Source of the DNA: a virus
Taxonomy: Duplodnaviria; Caudoviricetes
Length of the DNA: 62,257 nucleotides
Strand: one strand, 5' to 3'
Virus record (IMG/VR): IMGVR_UViG_3300020156_000030
Coordinates: 1 to 62,257 of that record
Shown: positions 10,501 through 19,765 of the stretch, piece after piece
Layout of the letters: the number at the start of each line of letters is the position of its first letter
Numbering within the stretch: position 1 is the stretch's first letter
Made by a program: the position numbers and the translations under genes
The notes under the pieces: model-generated
What the model was told of the DNA's origin: nothing
The model's database searches: none
The model's input: the letters and a program-made list of their open reading frames with translations, nothing else

Positions 10501-11311
10501 CCTTGACCGGGTTGTCCACAGAGTTGAACGCGGCAACAAGAGCCCCGATAGCAGCGCCGCTGGCGTCGGTGGACGACATCTGCAGGTTGGTAGACGTGTT
10601 CTGCTGAGTGGCGGACACGCGCGCCCGACCCGCAAGGGGGGTCCCCGTCAGGTTCGTGGACCACGTATAGGGGAAGTCCTGAACACTCGGGGGACCGGCG
10701 ATGCCCTGAATGCCCTGAATGCCCTGAACACCCTGAATGCCTTGGTCGCCCTTGTCGCCCTTGTCGCCCTTCAGAGAGCCGACGTTGAGCCACTCCTCGG
10801 TATCCGGCTGCCAGACGTAGAGGTTCTTGGCGGTGCCCACGAAATAGGCTTCGCCGCCAGCCCCTTCAGCAGGGAGCTGCGCAGAGCTGGTGACCGAGCC
10901 GACGATGACAAGAGGATCACCCTTCGGCCCGCGTAGGGCCATGGCGTTGTCGCTGGTCGCCTCAAGCCCGCTCGCCGTGATGTATCCGACCTCGGACGGC
11001 TCATCGCCAAAGCCACCGCTCCAGCCGGTAACCCGCATGACGACATCGGTGCCACGGGTTTCGAGGGCGAAGTCAGGGGTCCACCCCCGGTAGCCAAGGA
11101 TCGTAGCCCGAGCTTCGGCGGCATCGGCGGCGGCTTGGGAAGCGGCCTCCGCGTCGGTGTCAACTTGTGCGGCGGTGTTGAGGACAGACTGGAGTGACGC
11201 TGCGGCCGAAGCGGCGGCGTTCACCGCAGCGGCGATGTCGCTCAGGGCCTGAGCTTCAGCGAAGACCTCGAAGTCCTCGTTCTCCGGGACGTTGATCTGA
11301 AGGTCATCCAT
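7577..11311 (-). CDS. Tail spike / depolymerase with a collagen-like segment and right-handed beta-helix
   Basis: GDKGDKGDQGIQGVQGIQG collagen repeat, VGLSNVDNTSD and SPAMTGAPTAPT fibre motifs, and FG...NDTAAVQAAID as a pectate-lyase-3-like start followed by Asn-rich repeats. Confidence 0.8.
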   Translation of the reverse strand: MDDLQINVPENEDFEVFAEAQALSDIAAAVNAAASAAASLQSVLNTAAQVDTDAEAASQAAADAAEARATILGYRGWTPDFALETRGTDVVMRVTGWSGGFGDEPSEVGYITASGLEATSDNAMALRGPKGDPLVIVGSVTSSAQLPAEGAGGEAYFVGTAKNLYVWQPDTEEWLNVGSLKGDKGDKGDQGIQGVQGIQGIQGIAGPPSVQDFPYTWSTNLTGTPLAGRARVSATQQNTSTNLQMSSTDASGAAIGALVAAFNSVDNPVKGRLRIVSVADRTKYLSFDVTASSAETGYYNVSIAHRGSSATSPFSNGESVLIGFTPAGNKGEGVPTGGTEGQVIRRTAGGASAWETPTKAMVGLSNVDNTSDANKPISTAVATALGNKLDNSGPTIEGGYFTLKAFNGGWGDGGTWFRAFWDGNAKALRTFVRQNDGTNAGDYSLLINGVPVLKAASPAMTGAPTAPTPAPDDDSDRLATTAFVQEKVVTLQGNFQNAEVSAQVALEMAAQAVSAQAAAAGHEAMASTYASTSMSARDAAAAARDAAQLHAAEAEGHKDAAEAAALSVGAGAEASAISYASIPDILAAPALPAFVKYISTRGWDTANGVEHLFAKVGAVPGHSRYFEKGGDIWERQTKHEIGVPVQAFGEIGTSNDTAAVQAAIDYVRDVKGQGLIIWPASSKGAPGDKFRMQGVNTYPRIYHQTAGPGACVLSVPGTYDNAWTVGKAILNLHDNGESEFRGGGIRGLYIQGPGTGVETTPGNGSGSTPHNYIIGLGSQQLEKDPVNLAYRLYQFLILECRISQCLIGIELYKNLYAVTIADNFVHNNMIGLYTDLQHPNVLNNDFRYNDIAWLPRIMIDGAVTQCRFSLGRQALTGTFPAWHPRAGENDGGIQRSVLSQLTLWQNQLEALELGAENMLIGSLLRGPGKGDFPAGLPNSTLVRLRQRKNLILANYFFGGHQAAAIQLDATNSAAQPQTMIALNRALINWGPFVEKTNNGQMADISLLFNKLHILQEAKQSGDANDPNRNLLDLTKGLILHIPAGAGLVNGLEIVGNHARIDGASVLALDPDYPTGDLVLPTPLINVLDTGGAYGIEHFTKDNRMRLVSGVKAKSYYYADSRRSTWKDNPITLDRAVAANEWTEKPQFGNVSVDFACEGNVGYRTAATITVTIAAGQTLSALTNHGVDAPLGAKDIIPLPANSASAGLGVYVDTVSSTQVRIGVNTAAPTGGATFNVQIMNPYRM
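10702..10771 (-). repeat. 9-bp tandem repeats encoding the collagen-like G-X-Y stretch
   Basis: (tgccctgaa)n and (gtcgccctt)n are visible on the plus strand. Confidence 0.8.
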
Positions 11312-11645
11312 CGCGCGTCACCGGGTTACGGACACGGAACTTACCCTCGAAGAGCATCTTCGGAGGGTTCGGGACGTTTGTGACTAGCACGTCGAAGCTG
11401 AGGGTGCCCAAGGGCAGCTCCATCGTTTGCTCCGGCGTAATGCTCATCTGCAGCCTCCCCGGGGAGTCTGGGATGGGGATAAACCCTCCGTTAGCCGTGT
11501 TCAACTCCAATAGGAGCTCGGGGTCGTTCCGGCTGTCACGAAGGTGGCAGCGAAGCTCCCAAGTGGACACGTCGATGGGCTCCCCGCTCTCCTTGTTGCG
11601 GAGGGTGAACCCTTGGATGAAGTGTGTTCCACGGTAACAGGGCAT
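11304..11645 (-). CDS. Tail-associated adaptor-like protein (BppU N-terminal-like)
   Basis: The PIDVSTWELRCHLR...LQMSITPEQT..L pattern is typical of proteins preceding tail spikes. Confidence 0.5.
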   Translation of the reverse strand: MPCYRGTHFIQGFTLRNKESGEPIDVSTWELRCHLRDSRNDPELLLELNTANGGFIPIPDSPGRLQMSITPEQTMELPLGTLSFDVLVTNVPNPPKMLFEGKFRVRNPVTRDG

Positions 11646-11648
11646 CCG

Positions 11649-12251
11649 TTACCTCGGACCAGTTGGGAAGGTGCGCGGGAACATCCAGCTCTGCCCACCA
11701 TAAAGGTGGTGCCGGGACGCGCTAACCCTCGCTGCGGATATGGCGGACCTGAAGCGCCGACCGTGGTGCAGCGCCATGGTGGTGTTGGAGTAGGGCTTCG
11801 CCGGCTGGGACATCATGTGCGCCAGCAGCCCGTCCAGCATCGCATTGTAACTGTGCGTGAACAGCCAGTCCGGGTAGTCGGGAAGCCCGGTCTCCTCCCT
11901 CACCGGATCGGTTACCGTGAGCGCCATGGTGGCGAAATACTGGCCATCCGTGTTCGGCATGGTGGCAAACCGAAGGAGCCCGGGAGTAGGCATGGATGCC
12001 CGCACCGGACGGTCATTATGGGTCACCCCAAGGAGCCGGACGATCTCGCCCGTCGCATCCTCCGTCTCGACCTCATACTCGTTCACGTTCGCCCTGACGA
12101 ACACAGGAACCCGCTCCTGCCATGCGTTGGTGTCGCGCAGGAACTGGTCCATGACCGTGAAGAGCTCGTAGACCATGCTGTCGTCAAGGACGCCGGGCAG
12201 GCGGGTCCTCGCCGTGTTGATGAGCCGCTGGACAGGGCGGGGAAGGGTCAC
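11649..12251 (-). CDS. Head-tail adaptor / tail tubular protein A-like
   Basis: Position after the capsid gene and an LAHMMSQPAKPYSN motif. Confidence 0.6.
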   Translation of the reverse strand: MTLPRPVQRLINTARTRLPGVLDDSMVYELFTVMDQFLRDTNAWQERVPVFVRANVNEYEVETEDATGEIVRLLGVTHNDRPVRASMPTPGLLRFATMPNTDGQYFATMALTVTDPVREETGLPDYPDWLFTHSYNAMLDGLLAHMMSQPAKPYSNTTMALHHGRRFRSAISAARVSASRHHLYGGQSWMFPRTFPTGPR

Positions 12252-12595
12252 GACCGCACCTCCAGCATCTGGGTTACGAACTTGTTGAGGAAGGCGCTAG
12301 ACCGGGCGTCCTGCGTGTTCTCTTCATCTCGGAGCTGGGCGTGCCCGACGATGTAGTAGATCAGCGACATCCGGTATTGCTGGTCGATGGCCACATCGGT
12401 GCTGTTGACCGCGCTGTAGCTCGGCACCGCGTTGGCGGTGTTGATGAACATGTCAGGACGGAGCCGGCGGGCCTCAAGGAGGGCAGCGTTGAGCCCGACC
12501 AGAAGGCTATCGTCGTCGTAGCGATACGGCTCGATGGTGTCCTGCAGGAGCACCCGGGCCGTGCCGATGATCTCAGCAACGGTCTGTAGTGCCAC
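12248..12595 (-). CDS. Head-tail adaptor-like protein
   Basis: ARVLLQD....RY.D..L...LN......RLRPD signature, immediately after the MCP gene. Confidence 0.6.
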   Translation of the reverse strand: MALQTVAEIIGTARVLLQDTIEPYRYDDDSLLVGLNAALLEARRLRPDMFINTANAVPSYSAVNSTDVAIDQQYRMSLIYYIVGHAQLRDEENTQDARSSAFLNKFVTQMLEVRS

Positions 12596-12630
12596 GGCTC
12601 CCTCCAGTCCTTGTCACCTTGGGTCGAGAA

Positions 12631-12665
12631 GGTCCAGCCGTTACCCCGTGAGGTAAGGCTGGACC
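12631..12665 (-). terminator. Hairpin after the major capsid gene
   Basis: GGTCCAGCC-G-TTACC ccgtga GGTAA-GGCTGGACC, followed on the minus strand by a short TTCT. Contains a TTAC-N8-GTAA copy. Confidence 0.5.
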
Positions 12666-12673
12666 GTATCTCG

Positions 12674-13660
12674 TTACGCCTTGGTGACGATGGCCTGAGC
12701 GAGGGCCGTGCCGTCGATCACCTTGTAGCCGTAGACCTGCAGGCCGCGCAGGACCGTGCCGAAGGTCATCTCCGAGCGGAGAGTCTCGAACTTGGAAACC
12801 TGCGAGGCGAAGGTCAGGCCGTGGGCGTGGCCGGCGTAGATGACGTATTCACCCGCCGCGAGGCCCGCATCGACACCGCCCGGGAGCAGGTTCGACACGT
12901 AGAGGGTGAAGCGGTCAACCATGCCGATGCGGCCGTTGCGCAGCATAGAGGTGCCGTCGCCGGACAGGTAAGCCTGCCGCAGCTCGGACATCTTGATCAT
13001 GCTCGAAGCCCAGCTCGGCAGGATCACCCAGCGGCCTTCCTCGGGTATGTTCTGTTCGTCCAGCGTGGAGCCGAGACGGAGCAGCACGTCGAGGATTTCG
13101 ACCTCGCCGGCACCGGGGTCGCGGGCCGTGACAGCCAGCGGCGTGGTGGTTGCGCCGAGGTTGATGTCGCCGCTGATCTTGCCGGCGGTGACGCCACGGT
13201 TGGCAGCGTTCGGCGAGTTCAGCAGGCCGATGAGCACATCGGTATCAATCTGGATTTTCATCTGTTGGGCGGCGTCGTCGCCCCACATGTTGAGGTTGTC
13301 CAGATCGGACTGGATCGCCATCACGTCGTCAAGGATCGTATTGAAATACTTGCCCTTGTCGATGTCGAGGTCGATCACGTTGCCCGACGGGCGCTCCAGC
13401 TCAAGAATACCGTCGGCGCGGTAGTTCTTGATCGTGATGGTCGGGCGGGTCCTGATCTTGACCTTATCACCCATCTGGGAGATCGCGCCCTCATAGTCCG
13501 TGTTGCTGATAGCAGCAAGGACAGTCGAGGCGTAGAACTTCTCGACGAGCTTACCAGACCAGATTTCCGGGATGAACCCGGTGGCCTTAAGGTCGTTCGG
13601 CGTGCCGCCGGTCGGGTAGATCGGGGGGGTCGTTCCAGACCCTGCAAGGGGGAAAGGCAT
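12674..13660 (-). CDS. Major capsid protein
   Basis: FIPEIWSGKL..F, NTDYEGAISQMGDKVKI, LDEQNIPEEGRW and RGLQVYGYKV motifs; strong codon bias. Confidence 0.9.
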   Translation of the reverse strand: MPFPLAGSGTTPPIYPTGGTPNDLKATGFIPEIWSGKLVEKFYASTVLAAISNTDYEGAISQMGDKVKIRTRPTITIKNYRADGILELERPSGNVIDLDIDKGKYFNTILDDVMAIQSDLDNLNMWGDDAAQQMKIQIDTDVLIGLLNSPNAANRGVTAGKISGDINLGATTTPLAVTARDPGAGEVEILDVLLRLGSTLDEQNIPEEGRWVILPSWASSMIKMSELRQAYLSGDGTSMLRNGRIGMVDRFTLYVSNLLPGGVDAGLAAGEYVIYAGHAHGLTFASQVSKFETLRSEMTFGTVLRGLQVYGYKVIDGTALAQAIVTKA

Positions 13661-13686
13661 CTTGTGGCCTCAATGATGAAGAGGGT

Positions 13687-14736
13687 TCACCGGATGCGCC
13701 CATCACGCTGAGCCTCGAAGATCATCTTCTCGGCCTGTTGAGCTTCTGCCTCCCTGCCCCGGTATCTGCCGGCGGACTTATCGGTGTAGAAGCTCGCGAT
13801 TTGAGCGCGTGTGATGATGGGCTTCTCAGCGGGGACCGAACTCGCCGCCGACTTGGCTCTGCCGGGCGCTGCGAACTGTTCCAGCGGAACCTTCTTCTGG
13901 GAGGCAGGCGGGGCCTGCTCCTGTCCCTTCGGGTTCGGCTGACCCTTCGCAGGGTCCACGGCAGCCTCTTCAGCGAGGAAGCCTTTGAAGAAAGCCACGA
14001 CCCGAGGGGCGTCGTTCCGCTCGAACGCGGCTTTCAGCAATTCATGTCGTATAGTGCCTGAATACGTGTCTGGCAAGCGCAGCCACGCAAGAAAATCAGG
14101 ATCGGCGTTCATGGCCTCCCAGTTGGGGACCTGATCCGCCAGAGTGCGAAGGAGCTCGTCACGCTTGCTGCTGACGACGGTGCCCTGAACCTGCCCCAGT
14201 CGGGCTTCGAGCTGGCTGATCCTCTGCTGGAACGCGGCCTCGCGCGCAGCGATGATCTCTTCAGCCTTCTTGCCCACGACGCCGAGGAACTCCGAGCCGT
14301 AGCTCTCCTCCTCTTCCGGTGTGATGAGGCGCTTGGGCTGTAGCTCCGGGGGTGTCTGCTCCTTGGGCGGTGCAGACATGGTGGCGAGCATGGACTCCAG
14401 CTGGGTCACCCGCGAAGAGAGCTGTCGGTTGTGCTCCTCGACGCGATCGTAGCGACCCTTCATGGAACGGTATCGGTGCTCCCAGTTCTCCTCCTCGCCG
14501 GGGGAACCTTGTCCGTTGGAAGGAGTCTCAGCCGGGGACGGTGCATCCTTCGAGGTCGTCTGGGGGGCTTCGGGGGTCTTCTCCGGCGTTCCCTCGCCAT
14601 TGTCCTCCTCACCGCCGGCGTCGTCCGGCTGGATGTTGTTGGCCAGACGGAAAGCTTCCGCCGACCGAGCCGCAACAGCGGCCACGGCCGGGGGGAGCTT
14701 CATGTTCGGGTCATCTACAAAAGTGTTGGGCTTCAT
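13687..14736 (-). CDS. Scaffolding protein
   Basis: Acidic/coiled-coil protein directly upstream of the MCP gene, with WEHRYRSMKGRY and an AQRDGRI C-terminus. Confidence 0.7.
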   Translation of the reverse strand: MKPNTFVDDPNMKLPPAVAAVAARSAEAFRLANNIQPDDAGGEEDNGEGTPEKTPEAPQTTSKDAPSPAETPSNGQGSPGEEENWEHRYRSMKGRYDRVEEHNRQLSSRVTQLESMLATMSAPPKEQTPPELQPKRLITPEEEESYGSEFLGVVGKKAEEIIAAREAAFQQRISQLEARLGQVQGTVVSSKRDELLRTLADQVPNWEAMNADPDFLAWLRLPDTYSGTIRHELLKAAFERNDAPRVVAFFKGFLAEEAAVDPAKGQPNPKGQEQAPPASQKKVPLEQFAAPGRAKSAASSVPAEKPIITRAQIASFYTDKSAGRYRGREAEAQQAEKMIFEAQRDGRIR

Positions 14737-14984
14737 TTCTTAGCGTCCTCCAAACGGACGACGGTGCCCTTGGCGTTCTGCAGGAGGCGCAGGATGTCCC
14801 GGGCTTCCTGAGCCCGGCCCTGAGCCGTCTGGAGATTGGGAAGGGGAGCGCCGACCAATTCATCCTTGCGCTGGTCCACGTGCGCTTCAAGAGCCGACAT
14901 CAGCTTCCGCCATCCTGTGGGAGAAGACTGCTGGAGCTCATTAGCGGCGCGGACGAGCGCTTCGTTGCCCTTGGAGACGGCCAT
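14733..14984 (-). CDS. Hypothetical protein
   Basis: 83-aa helical ORF with a QGRAQ motif, between portal and scaffold. Confidence 0.7.
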   Translation of the reverse strand: MAVSKGNEALVRAANELQQSSPTGWRKLMSALEAHVDQRKDELVGAPLPNLQTAQGRAQEARDILRLLQNAKGTVVRLEDAKK

Positions 14985-14996
14985 GTGGGTGGTATC

Positions 14997-15200
14997 TCAG
15001 ACCGGCTTGGCAGCCTTGACGGACTGCTGGCCGAACATGCGGGTGGAACCGCCCGACACCTTGATCGAGCTGTTACCCGCGCCGCGCGTATTGGCGGTGA
15101 CGCCCGGCTTCTGGGCGACGACGCCCGACTTGCCGAACATCGAATTGCTACCACCCTTGGCGAACTCGGCGTTCCGGGTGGAAATCTGCTTGTCCTTCAT
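14997..15200 (-). CDS. Small basic Gly-rich hypothetical protein
   Basis: GGAGG RBS; repeated GGS..MFG motif. Confidence 0.6.
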   Translation of the reverse strand: MKDKQISTRNAEFAKGGSNSMFGKSGVVAQKPGVTANTRGAGNSSIKVSGGSTRMFGQQSVKAAKPV

Positions 15201-15223
15201 CCTTACCTCCAAGGTAACCGGGG

Positions 15224-17272
15224 TTAATGGACCCCGCCAGCGACCTGCACGCGCGGCCCCATGTCGTTCGTGGACGTGGGACCGGGCTGTGCTCCCTGCG
15301 CCTGAGCTCCGGCCTCAGCCTGCTGCTGAGCCTGCATGGCGGCCTGTATCTGGGCCTGCTGATCCGGGTCGGGGACAATCTCCTCGCCGGGCAGTCCGAT
15401 CGTGTTGGCGACCGAACGTAGCACAGCCGTGCGGCCTTTGACACCGATGATCTGCGCGTCCACGGGGTTGGCCGTGATCGACAGGAACTCAAGCTGGCGG
15501 GCACGCTGCGTCTCGCGCTGGACAGCTACGTTGACGCCCATGACGCGGATCGCTTCGTCACCCCTGAGTATACCCGTCGTGTCGGTCAGCATCAGCATGT
15601 CGAACAGCGACGACAGGAGAGGGTCCATCACGTCGCGGTCGATGTTGGCGGCGACCGTCTGAAGGATTTTCGAGGCGTTACCCATCAGCATGGCCAGACC
15701 GGCGGCCGTCCGCCCGGCACCGCCGGTCGCCCCGGAACCCGTCTGGTATTTCGGGATCGCGGAGAGGTCATCGGCGATGTTGTTGAACTCGCGATAGACG
15801 GCGAGGAGCTCGCCGGCGTTGGAGCCGGGCTGGAAGAAGCTGATGGGCGGCTGGGTGTTGTTGCCCATGTCGTCGGAGGTCGTTAGCCAGCGCTTCCACG
15901 GATACATCTCCTCCGGGTCCTCGCCAGCGGCCAGACGATCGGCGTTGATGACCACCTGCGGGCCGGAAGAGATCGAGAGGTTGTTGACCAGCGCCCGGAG
16001 GGTGGCGTTGCACACCTCCTGAATGTCCGAGAGGATGTCCGGCAGGCCGTTGCCCACCGGCGTTCCCGGCACCTTCTCGAAGCTCGTCACGAAATAGGGG
16101 TGGCGCTTGCGCGGGGAGGGCGAGCGCTGGACCTTGATGACATGGCGGCCGATGAGCCAGACCTGAACCATGTAGTCACGCAGCGGGTCCTCGACGGCGA
16201 ACCCATACTCCTCCAGCATCCGCCCCTGCACGTTGCCGTGGTATTCGAGGCAGGTGATCAGCCCGGAGGTGTTGAAGACAGGGTTTTCCCGGTTCTCGTA
16301 TTGGGCTCGTTCACTGTCCGTGGTGTCGTAATTGTCGTTGAGCCCCCCGCGCCCATGTTCATCGAGCACGGCCCGGATGGCGTCATGGTCATATCCGGGG
16401 AGGTCCAGAAGATCGTTGAGGTCAGCGCGGGTCAGCCGGGTGCGCTCTATGACGGCGGCATCCTCGATGTCGGCGACCCCGGGGGTCCAGTAGAGGTCGA
16501 ACGGGGAAATACGGTTCCAGCACAGCCGGGGCTTCTCCACCGTCGCCGGCTGCCCGCTCGACCAGTCCACGCTCGGCACCATGCGGACGACAGGCCCCTT
16601 GATGCAGGCGAACGGGAATAGGGGCAGATCAACCAGAAACTCGGCGAGCGCCTTGTAGAAGCCGCCCTCCTCAAGCATCTCGTCGATGCGGTCCTGAGCG
16701 ATCTGGGCGCGCTTGGCGGCCTGTTTCTTCTCCGCTTGACGCGCAGCGTCTATGAGCTGGGCCACGCGGTCACGGATGGCCCCGGGATCGGGCTGCGGCC
16801 CGCCCAGAGCGGCGAGCTCCTGAAGCTCCGACATGACGAGCTGCTGGATAACCCCGGTCACGTCAGGCGGAACATCAGGGTCAGCGGGCGGGTGAATGCC
16901 CCACGAGCGGTCAGGAGCCAGATACACGTCGCGCAGGAGCGAGCTGGCTCCTCGGCACTTCATGGCGATGATGCGAGCGTATACCTCGCTGCCGCCGAAC
17001 TTCTTGATCGCGGCCAGCGTTTCCGCATCATACTCGCCGGCAAAGGCGCGCATGGCGGCCAAAAGCCGGTTCGACCAACCAGCCTTGGCGTCGTTCCTAT
17101 GTCTCTGGAAGTGCTCGTATTCTCTGCGGATGAACCCGGCAAGCTGGGTCGTGTCCACCTCGGGCTCGCGGAGAGCGAGCGCACGACTCTCATCGCGTGC
17201 CTTGATCTGCTCCTCCAGACGAGCTGGAGGAATGACGTTGAGCACACCCATTCCGGCGTGGGTATCGACCAT
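15224..17272 (-). CDS. Portal protein
   Basis: 682 aa with ISPFDLYWTP and GNGLPDILSDIQ..NA.LR...NN...S.GPQ motifs and a Gln-rich tail; first gene of the head operon. Confidence 0.85.
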   Translation of the reverse strand: MVDTHAGMGVLNVIPPARLEEQIKARDESRALALREPEVDTTQLAGFIRREYEHFQRHRNDAKAGWSNRLLAAMRAFAGEYDAETLAAIKKFGGSEVYARIIAMKCRGASSLLRDVYLAPDRSWGIHPPADPDVPPDVTGVIQQLVMSELQELAALGGPQPDPGAIRDRVAQLIDAARQAEKKQAAKRAQIAQDRIDEMLEEGGFYKALAEFLVDLPLFPFACIKGPVVRMVPSVDWSSGQPATVEKPRLCWNRISPFDLYWTPGVADIEDAAVIERTRLTRADLNDLLDLPGYDHDAIRAVLDEHGRGGLNDNYDTTDSERAQYENRENPVFNTSGLITCLEYHGNVQGRMLEEYGFAVEDPLRDYMVQVWLIGRHVIKVQRSPSPRKRHPYFVTSFEKVPGTPVGNGLPDILSDIQEVCNATLRALVNNLSISSGPQVVINADRLAAGEDPEEMYPWKRWLTTSDDMGNNTQPPISFFQPGSNAGELLAVYREFNNIADDLSAIPKYQTGSGATGGAGRTAAGLAMLMGNASKILQTVAANIDRDVMDPLLSSLFDMLMLTDTTGILRGDEAIRVMGVNVAVQRETQRARQLEFLSITANPVDAQIIGVKGRTAVLRSVANTIGLPGEEIVPDPDQQAQIQAAMQAQQQAEAGAQAQGAQPGPTSTNDMGPRVQVAGGVH

Positions 17273-17334
17273 GAGCCGTAACTAGACTACAACGAAGAGA
17301 AGAACAAGCCCACCCGTTATGATGTGAAGGCGAC

Positions 17335-17817
17335 ATGGACAAAGCCAACGTAGCCCTCCTGCCACGGACTGACGCTCTATACGTGAAGCTGGCCCGCGAG
17401 ATCGCGATCGACCACCACGAGCTCGGGGACATCCTGACACGCTATGGTGTGACGGAGCTGGAATGGGAGCGGATCAGGACGGACCCCCGGTTCCAGTCCC
17501 TCCTGAAGACCGAGATCGAGGCGTGGCAGAGCGCGGTCAACACGCATGAGCGCACCAAGCTCAAGGCCGCAGCCATGATCGAGGAGTGGATGCCCGAGGC
17601 GATGGGGCGGCTGCACGACAAGGGCGAGAACCTCTCCGCCAAGGTCGAGCTCGGCAAGCTCATCGCCCGCATCGCGGGCATGGGGCTGAACAACGCCGAG
17701 ATAAACGGCGGCGTTGGCGAGAAATTCTCGGTGACCATCAACCTCGGCTCCGACAACCAGCTCAAGTTCGAGAAGGAAGTTACCCCGAAGGTAATCGAGG
17801 CCACCCCGAATGACTGA
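17335..17817 (+). CDS. Terminase small subunit (putative)
   Basis: Helical 160-aa ORF ending FSVTINLG, upstream of TerL. Confidence 0.65.
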   Translation: MDKANVALLPRTDALYVKLAREIAIDHHELGDILTRYGVTELEWERIRTDPRFQSLLKTEIEAWQSAVNTHERTKLKAAAMIEEWMPEAMGRLHDKGENLSAKVELGKLIARIAGMGLNNAEINGGVGEKFSVTINLGSDNQLKFEKEVTPKVIEATPND

Positions 17818-18058
17818 GACCCCGACGCCCCCGGACGCCGAGAAGACCCAGCCGAGCTGGTATGTTCACAGCTACGATCTGGAGAACCACCTCGTCCGCA
17901 TGATGGACGGGCATATCGCCACCATCGACTCCATGCTCGACATAGACGGCGACGAGACGGATGACCCCGAGTTCGCCATTGTCGCCGTCGCTCACCACCC
18001 CGTCGGGTTCTGGTTCACCCTCGATCTGCAGAACACGATCAACTTCCCGGTGCATTGA
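17810..18058 (+). CDS. Acidic hypothetical protein
   Basis: Overlaps both the terS and terL ends (coupled); FTLDL and DIDGDETDD motifs. Confidence 0.65.
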   Translation: MTETPTPPDAEKTQPSWYVHSYDLENHLVRMMDGHIATIDSMLDIDGDETDDPEFAIVAVAHHPVGFWFTLDLQNTINFPVH

Positions 18059-19524
18059 TGACCACGATCAACTACGCCGCACCCCCGACGTGCGCGCGTT
18101 TCATGAAGAGCACGTCCTTCGGCAGGCTGATCGCCGGGCCGGTCGGATCGGGCAAGACGACGGCGTGCCTCTTCGAGCTCTTCAGGCGGGCGTGTGAACA
18201 GCAGGCGGCTCCCGACGGCATCCGCTACACCCGTTTCGCCATCGTCCGCCAGACGCTGAAGCAGATCAAGGACACCGTGCTGAAGGACATCCTCGCATGG
18301 CTTCCGGGCGTCGCCGAGTTCAAGGTCTCCGACCACACGATCTACATCTCGATCGGAGATGTTCGCTCGGAATGGCTCCTCATCCCCCTCGACAACCCGG
18401 ATGACCAAGCGCGCCTGCTGTCCATGCAGCTTACCGGCGCATGGCTCTCCGAGGCGATCGAGATGGATGTCGGCGTCATATCTCCGCTCGCCGGACGTGT
18501 CGGCCGTTTCCCCTCCGCAGCTCAGGGCGGTGCGTCGTGGTTCGGCATCATCGCCGACACCAACATGCCCCCCGAGGGCTCCGACTGGCACAAGTTCATG
18601 GAGCTGGAGACCCCGCCCGACTGGTCGATCTTCATCCAGCCCGGCGGCATGAGCCCGGACGCCGAGAACCTCGAATGGCTCACCCAGACCCCGGAGACGC
18701 TGCGCTACCCGCCCGATCATCCGGTCCGGCTGGCGCAAGGGCGCACCTATTACGAGCGCTTCATCCGATCGAACACGGCCGAGTGGTGCAAGCGCTACGT
18801 CCACGCCCAGTATGGCGATGACCCCTCGGGCACGGCGGTGTTCCGCGACAGCTTCCGCTTCAGGGGCGACGACGGACGCCCTTTCCACGTCGCCGACACT
18901 CTGGAGCCGGTCTACGGCCACCCCCTCATCGTCGGACAGGATTTCGGCCGCGACCCGTGGAGCATCATCTGCCAGCTCGACCACAATGGCAGGCTGCTCG
19001 TTCTCGAAGAGGTCGAGGCGGAGGACATCGGGCTGGAGCTGCATTTGGAGCGCTCGCTACGCCCCCGGCTGATGAACCAGCGCTATTTCGGCCGCCCGGT
19101 CGCGCTGATCGGCGATCCGGCGGGCAAGGCCAAGGACAGCATCTACGAGGAGACCAGTTTCGACGCCATCAAGCGCATGGGCTTCATGACTTTCCCCGCC
19201 CCCACCAACGATCTGGACCCGCGCATACGGGCCGTGGAGGCGTTTCTCATGGGGCAGCGTAACGGTGGACCGGCTATCGTCTTCGACCGGCAGAGGTGCC
19301 CCACGCTCGTCAGGGCTATGTCAGGCGGCTACCGCTACGCCAAGACCCGCAGCGGGCAGCGCAAGCCCACGCCCGAGAAGAACAAGTTTTCCCACCCCGT
19401 GGACGCGCTGCAATACGCGGCGCTGGCGGCTCATGGTGGTATGGTCACCACGCTCCTCGCCCGCAAGCTCCAGAGCAAGCCGAGAGTGGTGCGGGAGCGT
19501 ATGCCCTCCCGCGCTTGGACCTGA
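18055..19524 (+). CDS. terL: Terminase large subunit
   Basis: Walker A GPVGSGKT, Walker B-like AWLSEA, coupling motif DTN, nuclease motifs GQDFG, IGDPAG and SHPVDALQY. Confidence 0.92.
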   Translation: MMTTINYAAPPTCARFMKSTSFGRLIAGPVGSGKTTACLFELFRRACEQQAAPDGIRYTRFAIVRQTLKQIKDTVLKDILAWLPGVAEFKVSDHTIYISIGDVRSEWLLIPLDNPDDQARLLSMQLTGAWLSEAIEMDVGVISPLAGRVGRFPSAAQGGASWFGIIADTNMPPEGSDWHKFMELETPPDWSIFIQPGGMSPDAENLEWLTQTPETLRYPPDHPVRLAQGRTYYERFIRSNTAEWCKRYVHAQYGDDPSGTAVFRDSFRFRGDDGRPFHVADTLEPVYGHPLIVGQDFGRDPWSIICQLDHNGRLLVLEEVEAEDIGLELHLERSLRPRLMNQRYFGRPVALIGDPAGKAKDSIYEETSFDAIKRMGFMTFPAPTNDLDPRIRAVEAFLMGQRNGGPAIVFDRQRCPTLVRAMSGGYRYAKTRSGQRKPTPEKNKFSHPVDALQYAALAAHGGMVTTLLARKLQSKPRVVRERMPSRAWT

Positions 19525-19526
19525 GC

Positions 19527-19763
19527 TCAGCCGACATACTCTCCCGACAGGAGCTTGTGCTTGAACAGTTCGCACAGATAGACGGCGAACTGCATGTCTC
19601 CCGTGGAGCAGGCCGCATAGGACTTCCCGTTGGCGTCCACGCCCAGCACAAGGACCTCTCTGAGGCCCTTGGCACCATCGAGAACCTTGTCCACGGGAAC
19701 AGGGCCATCGGTCATGTTCTCAGCCGTCCTCTCAACCATCTTCGCACCCGTCATTTTCGGCAT
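19527..19763 (-). CDS. Hypothetical protein
   Basis: GAGGAGG RBS; VLVLGVDANGKSYAACS pattern. Confidence 0.65.
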   Translation of the reverse strand: MPKMTGAKMVERTAENMTDGPVPVDKVLDGAKGLREVLVLGVDANGKSYAACSTGDMQFAVYLCELFKHKLLSGEYVG

Positions 19764-19765
19764 CG

